Shown here one piece after another: positions 1-8,237 of a DNA stretch of 20,495 nucleotides. Every line of letters begins with the position of its first letter. Positions within the stretch are counted from its first letter, which is position 1. The position numbers and the translations under genes are program-made. The notes below the pieces were generated by a model that saw nothing but the letters and a program-made list of their open reading frames with translations, did not search any database and was not told the origin of the DNA. This stretch comes from Octopus sinensis. Lineage: Eukaryota. The DNA lies in contig NW_021823953.1 of assembly GCF_006345805.1 (NCBI RefSeq), positions 1 to 20,495 on the forward strand, read 5' to 3'.

Positions 1-6
1 TCAAAA

Positions 7-17
7 GGTTCGAATCC
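7..17 (+). promoter_or_regulatory. Pol III B-box, possibly a tRNA-derived SINE head cut by the window edge
   Basis: Perfect GGTTCGAATCC at 7-17. Any A-box would lie outside the window. Confidence 0.3.
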
Positions 18-310
18 AGCTGAGATGAACCAAATACGCACCAAAACGCTGCCTCTGCACCCCTACTTGCTCTGGTCACAATTGCATATCGAATGGCAAA
101 GGTCTGAGCGATGGACTTGATGAATTTCGTTGATCAGCCCGATACATTTATTGTGCAGGCATGCATCCACCACTCTAAATATCAACTTCGGTTTACAAAG
201 CAGGCTCATATACCTGTGTTTAGTGCGAAAAGATGGCCAGACGAGCCCTGTTCTCTAGTAAAAAAATTATGAATTATGGATTAATTACGAAGTAATACCA
301 GCAATGAATA

Positions 311-430
311 CGCCGCGGCCTAGTGGTCAGCTCATAATCATAAAGTTGAGCTCAAAATCATATGGTTGTGAATTTGATTCTTGAACAGAGTAGTGCGTTG
401 CTTCGTAATACTCAGATGAAAATGAATACC
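311..430 (+). mobile_element. Degenerate tRNA-derived SINE head (family B-like)
   Basis: A-box-like CGGCCTAGTGG (316-326) and decayed B-box AATTTGATTC (371-380). Segments 331-350 and 351-370 each resemble CTCATGATCGTAAGGTTGTG of the 16386 copy. ACTCAGATG at about 410 resembles ACTCAGCTG in that copy. Confidence 0.55.
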
Positions 431-766
431 AGCCTAGAGACGAATCATTTCCCTCTCGTTCCAGCTGTTACAATTTTGATGTTCCATTACATCAAAGAGC
501 AGAAAAGCTGAGATAATGTCTATCAATATTTACTCGCGACGATATCGGCAGCTAAAATTAGCGAAAGCCTTGTCCATACTATCAAGTTATACTCGCTTGT
601 GAGCGACAACTATAAATTGGTTTTAGCACTACATTATTGAATAACTCTTCCTTACGTTATGTTATTCAATAATGTGCTTATACTGATTCTGAAATTCTGA
701 ATTCAAGTAGAACGCTTACCGTATTAATATATTGGTCAACTCCTGTCCTCGACCGAACCCATAAAA

Positions 767-1152
767 CAGTGGTTGTCAACCATTTTTCATCTATGAATCC
801 TTTTGATTCCTATTTTATTCTGGTGGATCACTATAGCCATTCAATGTTTAAAAATTAGTTTTATAGATACTTCTTTCAAAATTCCTATTTTGTTTTTCAC
901 ACATTAACTTGTGTAGGTTCGTAATAGCACTGAGAGAACATGTTTCGGTGACTGGAAACATGGTGAGCGATGTAAAACGTTAGAGAAAGCAATACACTTG
1001 TTTCTTGCAAGTAATACATCTAAAGCAAACTATTTTTCACGGACCCTTAAACTGCTATTGTGGTTCCCCAATTTATTATTTTGTTTGTGCAGACCTTTAA
1101 AAGTCCTATACGCCCCCGCAAGGGTCATATGGACCCCAATTGAGAACTACTG
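767..1152. mobile_element. Non-autonomous hAT (Charlie/MER5-like) DNA transposon, 386 bp
   Basis: Left end CAGTGGTTGTCAA; right end reverse-complements to CAGTAGTTCTCAA (11/13). The 8-bp flanks CCATAAAA and CCCTAAAT match at 6/8 with central TA. Subterminal GGACCC motifs are present. No transposase ORF. Confidence 0.8.
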
Positions 1153-1666
1153 CCCTAAATAAACTACAGACAGCGAAAAAATATGACATCAATAATTTAA
1201 CTCCTCTAGTTTGGTTGTTTGCCCTGTGACAGCTGTTTAGAACCTTTCCGTCTTTCTTGTTTCCTTTTCAATTATTTCCTTCGTGATGTATTCCCTGAGA
1301 ACTTACCTTTGTAATTCAATGTTTTTTTTTTCTATAGTCATTATTTTTTGTTTGCGACCGTCCTTGTCCTAAGGAAAATGCAACTCTCGATCCATTGCTA
1401 AATAATACATGTATATAGGCGAGAGTGAAACGAAACATTAGCTGATACCAGAAAAGAAAGCTTTCTCCTGTTATCTTGCTATAAGATAATAAGGTGGGAA
1501 GCTTTTATCAGTCGGATCGTAAATTCATCTCCTTGTTATGATTTTCTATTTCAATATGGTGGGCTGAAGAACCGTAATATTTTGTAAAGGGAAATTAACA
1601 AGATCCGCCCGAGTTGCTACAGCTGATCAAACAAAATCCCTCGTACTCTACAGCTTACGAAAGAAC

Positions 1667-1858
1667 CTCTATGTGGTTAATTGAACTGCTAGCTCAATTA
1701 ACAAAGTTCTCTCGATTCACATTCCACGGTCTTAGAAATGAAAACATTGAATGATGTGGGCCTGAGCTCGCTACATATGTGAAAAACAGATGATCATGAT
1801 CGGAATGTCTTTGGTCATAGGTCTACTCGGTCAGGGTGCTTACCTGGGGCTAAACGAC
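1667..1858 (+). mobile_element. SINE/LINE-tail-like repeat, family C, copy 1
   Basis: Shares CTCTATGTGGT and the terminal block ACCTGGG(G/C)CTAAAC with the reverse complement of 6556-6820, with colinear similarity in between. Confidence 0.6.
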
Positions 1859-1916
1859 ATATTGTATTTTATGGTATAGAGTATTCTTTCATTCGTTCGT
1901 TACTGTTGTTCTGTGT

Positions 1917-1918
<2 letters not shown>

Positions 1919-1991
<73 letters not shown>

Positions 1992-2005
1992 GTGTGCGTG
2001 TGTGT
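1919..2005. repeat. (GT)n microsatellite
   Basis: Pure GT run 1919-1990, then degenerate units. Confidence 0.97.
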
Positions 2006-2507
2006 ATCTTTCTCGTATGGAGTTGGTCTTAATCGTGAAGACGATTTTATTAAATCAAAAATAGCGCCCCCTTTAACTAGCAGTTCGGCAAAAAGATTTT
2101 ATCCGTGATTATATATAAATATAAATTACTCCGACTAATATATTCACACCGGTATTATTATTGGCCGTATACGCACATGGTTGAGACGACTGAATTAGAT
2201 TTAACTTGTATATAAATGTGAACATTTGTATGTACGCTTGTAAATACGTGTTATTCGTATGGGTATGTATAGGTGTTTACAAGTATGTACAATATGTTAT
2301 ACTATACTGATGACAAAAGAGAGATTTCACATATCTAAAGACCCAAACACTCTGAAATGTTCGTATTGGTGCTTTCGGTGCGAATGCCAAGCAGTACAGC
2401 ATGTCGTTTCCAAATTTCTTGCAGGGCGAATTGCGTCATGGTGCTGTTATTCTCACAGACGGTACCCAACTGACCCTACTATACTGTATAGTCGACAAAA
2501 TAAAAAA

Positions 2508-2687
2508 ACAGCCGATATTGGTGTATTTACGTCCCTGTAACGGTTCGGCAAAAGGAGACCGATAGAATAAGTACTGGGCTTACAAAGGATAAGACCTCGG
2601 GTCGATTTGTTCGACTAAAGTCGGTGCTCCAGCATGGCCGCAGTCAAAAGACTGAAAGAAGTAAAAGAATAAAAGAATAAAAGAATA
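2508..2687 (+). mobile_element. SINE family A, 5'-truncated copy (3' module only)
   Basis: Colinear with 3508-3684 (TTTACGTCCC...GAATAAGTACT...GGTCGATTTG...CCAGCATGGCCGCAGTCAA..GACTGAAA). Ends in (AAAAGAAT)3 at 2663-2686. Confidence 0.9.
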
Positions 2688-2984
2688 TAGATATATGTTT
2701 AATTTTGCGGATCTTGCAGAGACTAGTGAGTTTTGTGTCGTTGGTATTTCTGTTTCAACTGCAACAGGTCAACAGAAGCTGGAAAAACACACGCGAAAAG
2801 GAAATTCCAGGCGGCGATGGTCTTGCGAGAAAAGATTGGACATAGTGTTTAGTGTAAGGTAAAAGGGTGTGGATGTACCAAGGGGGTAATGAGAGGGGGG
2901 GAGACGAGTGAAGCAGGAATGGTTCAGTAATTAGAAAAGCCTCAGCTATTGTAAAGAACTACGTGGAATGGAAGCTTATAAGTG

Positions 2985-3092
2985 AGTATGTATGTAGTAT
3001 GTTATGTATGTATGTATGTATGTATCTATTTATCTCTCTCTCTATCTATCTAGCTAGCCAGCAAGGTAGCTAGTAAGGTAGCTAGCTAGCTG
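2985..3092. repeat. Compound TATG/TCTA/CTAG microsatellite
   Basis: Visible tetranucleotide runs. Confidence 0.85.
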
Positions 3093-3292
3093 CATGAATG
3101 TGTATTTATTACATCATATTTGTATTTGATTTGCAAGATTCTTGATATAAATTCGTGTGTTGAAACAAATCTTATGGTGTCTTGGGAGGGCCATCGCACC
3201 AATAATAATAACACGCACTGGGCGTGCGTATGTTATCATTATTGGTGGAATGACCCTCCTAAGTCAACAAAAAATGTGTTTGTGTGTGTGTA

Positions 3293-3684
3293 GGCGCAGG
3301 AGTGGCTGTGTGATAAATAGCTTGCTAACCAACCACATGGTTCTGGGTTCAGTCCCACTGCGTGGTACCTTGGACAAGTGTCTTCTATTATAGCCTCGGG
3401 CCCACCCAAGCCTTGTCAGTGGATTTGGTAGATGGAAACTGAAAGAAACCCGTCGTATATATGTGTGTGTGTGTGTGTCTGTGTTTGTCACCCCAGCATC
3501 GCTTGACAACCGATGCTGGAGTGTTTACGTCCCCGTCACTTAGCGGTTCGACCATAGAGTCTGACAGAATAAGTACTAGGCTTACAAAAAATAAGTCCTG
3601 GGGTCGATTTGCTCGACTAAAGGCGGTCCCTCCAGTATGGCCACAGTCAAATGACTGAAACAAATGAAGAAATAAAAGAATAAA
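3293..3684 (+). mobile_element. SINE family A, full-length tRNA-derived SINE (similar in type to described octopus tRNA SINEs; family not assigned)
   Basis: tRNA-like head GGCGCAGGAGTGGCTGTGTG... with A-box-like 3303-3313 and B-box GGTTCAGTCC 3346-3355. Internal TA/TG tract 3456-3478, 3' module with hairpin, A-rich tail. Homologous segments occur five more times in the window. Confidence 0.92.
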
Positions 3685-3720
3685 TAATATTAATTACAGG
3701 AGATGGATTCGGTATTAAAC

Positions 3721-3785
3721 CTTTATTGGGTACAACATATGTTTCGACCCATCGGTCTGGGTCTCATCGGGTACATCGATTAAAG
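3721..3785 (-). ncRNA. Type I hammerhead ribozyme motif (HHR1), U4C variant, Penelope/retrozyme-like
   Basis: Minus strand reads GUAC-CCGAUGA-GACCCA-GACCGA-UGGGUC-GAAA-CAUAUG-UU-GUAC: 4-bp stem I, perfect 6-bp stem II, palindromic stem III ACAUAUGU, GUU cleavage triplet. A distal CUUUA/UAAAG helix extends stem I. Confidence 0.8.
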
Positions 3786-3824
3786 ATGTCTCACTACAGA
3801 TTTTGCAGAGTGATTATGTAATGC

Positions 3825-3880
3825 ATATATATATATATATATATAGATATATATATATATATATAATATATATATATATG
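3825..3880. repeat. (TA)n microsatellite between the two hammerheads
   Basis: Interrupted TA run. Confidence 0.95.
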
Positions 3881-3916
3881 AATAAAAAATGGAGTTAACG
3901 CAGGTGTAATCAAATA

Positions 3917-4017
3917 TTTTTACTTTCGACACATGTTTCGAAAATTCCACTGATACTATTAAAAAGAATAAATAGTATAAACAATGCAATCTATCTTCTC
4001 CTCAGGAAAGTGAAAAA
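3917..4017 (-). ncRNA. Type I hammerhead ribozyme motif (HHR2) with a fully canonical core and extended stem II
   Basis: Minus strand reads CUUUC-CUGAGGA-[59-nt stem II, G10.1-C11.1, inner 8-bp AUACUAUU/AAUAGUAU]-GAAA-CAUGUG-UC-GAAAG. Stem I is 6 bp + bulge + 5 bp. GUC triplet; predicted cleavage between plus positions 3928 and 3927. Confidence 0.88.
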
Positions 4018-4029
4018 AACGAAACTCGT

Positions 4030-4031
<2 letters not shown>

Positions 4032-4081
<50 letters not shown>

Positions 4082-4141
4082 ATAGAAATAAACGGAATAT
4101 ATACACACTCCCACACAGGCACTCGCACACATACACACACT

Positions 4142-4182
<41 letters not shown>
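4032..4182. repeat. (TA)n and (CA)n microsatellites
   Basis: TA runs at 4032-4078 and about 4143-4182. Confidence 0.9.
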
Positions 4183-4183
<1 letters not shown>

Positions 4184-5289
4184 CTTTCAAATCACCCAGC
4201 AATTTGAATGCTGTAATGTAGCGATTAAATTATATAACGGCAGAAATGTGATGCGAACGTATATAATATAATAATGTCTGTATTGTTAGACACAATGCAG
4301 TTATGTGTAACGTAAGAGAGATCTTTTGAACAATAACTTAAAAGTCTGAATAGAATTGAAATAAAGGATTGTAAAGAAGGACAAGTGTGAACGAACGAAG
4401 AGAAAAAACAAACAGGAGGAATGAATGAAAGTGTAAATAACAATAGAATGAAGACACGAATGCATGATGAATGGAAGGAATTAGCGAACGAAGATGGAGA
4501 AAGACAGACTGAAAGAGAGAAGGTTGAAAGAACGATAGTGGGGGAGGTATATAGAACGGAAGGACTGACTGACTGACTGACTGATTGACGAAAACGCTAA
4601 AAAATTGTATAAAGAATAACGAATAAAACACGCATACACACACGCGCGCGCGGAATAAGACAAAACTAAAGAAAAAACAAAAAAGTTAATGAATGAAATG
4701 TTTCTTTATTTAATTTAAATTCATTTTGTCTGTGATTAATAATTAGAGGTTCGGTTTGACAGAAATAAATTAATAGCTAATTTATGACCGAGCGTGAAGC
4801 TTAATCACTATTTACGATGCCCATTCCAGTTATCACAGAATACATTTCTCTCAAAATACGCTGCATATTGTTATATTTTGTATGATTTTGGGGGCAGGTT
4901 AAGAGAAAAGAATAACCTGCTTTTTTTTGTTGTTGTTGTTGTTGTTGTTGCTGTTGGCGAGGGTGGGGGCAGGGGCAGGCGGGACGGTAAGAGGGATTCT
5001 ACTTGCGCTGTCTTTATTTTTATTTTTGATTTATAAATCCATTTATTTGTTCTGGGTGTTCTCCGCCCTTGTTTATCACGATTTAACACTATCTGTTAGA
5101 AACGTGTTTTATTGGTGCTTTAACAGCAGTTCTAAACACGCACGCACGCACGCGCGCACACTCACTCGCGCGCGCGCGCGCTTTGACGTTTTGTGTCGGT
5201 GGAGAGAGTACCCAATGGCACACTAAAGATTGATAACATATTTTATCTTTATCTTGGTCGAGCCAGTCTCTTACTGCTCCGAGTTTTGC

Positions 5290-5339
5290 ATGTATATATG
5301 TATTATATATATATATATTATAGATATATATATATATAT

Positions 5340-5373
<34 letters not shown>

Positions 5374-5377
5374 CATG

Positions 5378-5446
<69 letters not shown>

Positions 5447-5565
5447 TATATATACATATAGTAACATATATATATATATATACATATATATGCATATACA
5501 TATATATACATATACATATATATACATATAACATATATACATACTCTTGTCGGACTGTACATATA

Positions 5566-5629
<64 letters not shown>

Positions 5630-5655
5630 CTATATATAATATATATATATTATAT
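5290..5655. repeat. Long (TA)n/(TACA)n compound microsatellite
   Basis: Continuous low-complexity tract that generates the YI-rich pseudo-ORFs. Confidence 0.97.
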
Positions 5656-5743
5656 AGGGGAGAATTCACCAAAAAAAAAAGACGAAGACAGGTGGTTAGA
5701 CAACAACATGATGTATTAGTATACGCTCGGGAATTGAAAGAAG

Positions 5744-5780
5744 TCTTTAACGTTCGAGCCTACGCTCTTCCACAGAAAGA
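5744..5780 (-). ncRNA. Degenerate or variant minimal hammerhead motif (HHR3), probably in a Penelope-like terminal-repeat fragment
   Basis: Minus strand reads UCUUU-CUGUGGAA-GAGC-GUAG-GCUC-GAAC-GUU-AAAGA. Stem I (5 bp) and stem II (4 bp) are perfect. The core deviates: U at position 6, an extra A, and GAA instead of GAAA. Confidence 0.55.
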
Positions 5781-5803
5781 AACAAGGAAAGAAAATAAAG
5801 AGA

Positions 5804-5854
<51 letters not shown>

Positions 5855-6555
5855 TGACGACCTTTCGGTATTTGTATACAAAGTATCGGTATGAGGAAAC
5901 ATTATTCTCTCTCTTTATTTGCAATGAGGAGAGTTTGTGGGTGAATGATGTCGTCTACCAATACCGAAACACTGTCATATGTGTGGAGGGGTGCGTGTGT
6001 ATGCTAATTGTTGCCTGGAACGGTAGCGGGGGCGAGGGTTATTCTCTAAAATGTAGTTTGATGTGTTAGAAGAGGGAATACATGCGCAGAGAGTGAGAGA
6101 GAAAGATCGACCACAGACATCGTTTCCAACAGTGTGCTTTGCTGGTCGATAAAATCTTCTGTAATGATATTCAAAACTGTAGCTATGGACTGATTCTACA
6201 GCTTCAACCATTCCATTCCCCACTTTTTCCTCGTTCTTCGTTCTTCGTTCACCATATTTCATCGTTAAATGAAAACAGACTCGAATCTTTTTTCTTTTTT
6301 CTTTTTTTTCCGTGTTGTTTCACAATGAAACATGTTTAGATACAAATAAAGGTAAATAGAAAAAAAAAAAAAAAGAAAACGGAAAGAAATTGATAAAAAA
6401 AAATCCGATACGGAAATAAGAAAATAAATAAATATTAAAAAAAAAACAATAAATCGTTAATCTTTTATTTAAGAATTACGACGAGGTTCTGACCTTTAAC
6501 CTAAAACCTTTGGGAGAGCTGTACCAGTAACATTGTAGTAGTAGTAGTAGTGTAG

Positions 6556-6820
6556 TTGGTGTTGTTGTTGCTGTTGTGGTTGTTGCTGATGTGGTTGTTG
6601 TTGTTGTTTAGGCCCAGGTCGACCATGATCCAGCTGAGCTTTGATTAAAGGTGTTCCAACCGTGACTCCCACGTTTTTTTATCCCTGCCTGTAGGGATAT
6701 CAGCGTCGTGTTATCTAACATGTCCTATTACAAAGATAGTGCGGTGTATGTATAGTTTGGGTTCGAGGGAGATTTTGGCTGCTATTTCTGGTAAGTCGAG
6801 CGACCACATAGAGACTCTCT
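6556..6820 (-). mobile_element. Family C repeat, copy 2, with (CAA)n-type 3' tail
   Basis: Reverse complement runs CTCTATGTGGT...GACCTGGGCCTAAACAACAACAAC, homologous to 1667-1858. Confidence 0.6.
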
Positions 6821-6852
6821 AGTAGTAGTAGTAGTGGTGGTGGTGGTGGTTG

Positions 6853-6902
<50 letters not shown>

Positions 6903-6950
6903 GGTGGTGATGGTGGTGGTGGTAGTAGTAGTAGTATAGTAGTAGTAGTA
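6819..6950. repeat. (GTA)n/(GGT)n trinucleotide array
   Basis: Alternating GTA and GGT blocks. Confidence 0.95.
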
Positions 6951-7169
6951 AGTGAGAGAGAGAGAAAAGACGGAAGAGAAACGTTGTAGAGAAGACCACG
7001 CGTTCTGTAGAAGACGAAGAAATGAATGAGTTTTCGTTCGAAAACACGAAAATGTTCGTGGAAATTAATGTTTTTGAATGCGTGAAATGATTATAAAAAG
7101 CTGCTAATTAAAATGAAATTTGCCATTAACTGTACATTGAATAACCCGCAATAAAGAGTGGGGGATTTA

Positions 7170-7795
7170 CTACATACACACATACATACATACATACATA
7201 CATACCTACATACAACATACATACATACCATCATACATACATACATATATACACATACATCATACATACATAATACATAATACATACATATACATCATAC
7301 ATACATACATACATAATCATACTACATACATACTACATACATCCATACATAATACATACATACATACATACATATATACATACATACATACATACATAAT
7401 ACATACATACATACATAATACATACATACATACATACATAATACATACATACATAATACATACATACATACATACATACATACATAATACATACATACAT
7501 AATACATACATACATAATGCATACATACATACATACATACATACATACATACATACATACATACATACATACATTAATACATACATACATACATACATAC
7601 ATACATTAATACATACATACATACATACATATATACATACATACATACATACATACATTAATACATACATACATACACACATACATGGTGCTCCAGCGTG
7701 GCTGCAGTTCTACGACTGAAGCCATTAAAAAACTTAGAGAATAAAAAATCATACACACACACACACATACATACATACATATATGTTTATATATA

Positions 7796-7849
<54 letters not shown>

Positions 7850-7888
7850 TATATATATATAGATAGATAGATAGATAGATAGATAGAT

Positions 7889-7935
<47 letters not shown>

Positions 7936-7950
7936 GATAGATAGATAAAT

Positions 7951-7990
<40 letters not shown>

Positions 7991-7996
7991 CATACA

Positions 7997-8027
<31 letters not shown>

Positions 8028-8057
8028 GTTTATATATATATAGAGAGAGAGATAGAG

Positions 8058-8122
<65 letters not shown>

Positions 8123-8128
8123 CATACA

Positions 8129-8162
<34 letters not shown>

Positions 8163-8237
8163 CACACACACACATATATATATATATACACATACACACA
8201 CACTCATACACACACATACACACACATATATATATAT
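7170..8237. repeat. Large compound (CATA)n/(TA)n/(GATA)n microsatellite field
   Basis: CATA array 7170-7684, then TA/GATA/CATA blocks 7750-8237. Confidence 0.97.
7687..7730 (+). mobile_element. Short 3'-terminal fragment of SINE family A
   Basis: GGTGCTCCAGCGTGGCTGCAGTTCTACGACTGAAG aligns to GGTGCTCCAGCATGGCCGCAGTCAAAAGACTGAAA of the 2508 copy. Confidence 0.7.

Noticed and set aside
939-962. 8-bp hairpin CATGTTTC/GAAACATG with GAAAC, inside the hAT element
   Set aside because: The upstream CTGAGAG does not fit CUGANGA and no stem I exists; it is a short stem expected by chance or transposon-internal.
1564-1600. CTGAAGA followed by GAAA
   Set aside because: No stem II closing pair and no stem I or III complementarity.
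2303-2366. Plus-strand CTGATGA ... AGAG/CTCT ... GAAATGTTC
   Set aside because: Stem I pairs only with an extra base and stem II does not close next to the core. At best a decayed hammerhead.
3293-3365. tRNA gene calls for the SINE heads (also 16386-16452)
   Set aside because: They continue into SINE bodies present in multiple copies and lack a clean cloverleaf, so they are treated as tRNA-derived SINE heads.
4020-4033. Plus-strand CGAAACTCGTC, like a hammerhead 3' half, adjacent to HHR2
   Set aside because: No CUGANGA core or matching stem I upstream on this strand.
5230-6069. 279-aa ORF with a complex-looking C-terminal half
   Set aside because: The first half is a TA tract. The complex part overlaps the HHR3 element and the inverted repeat, and shows no protein motif.
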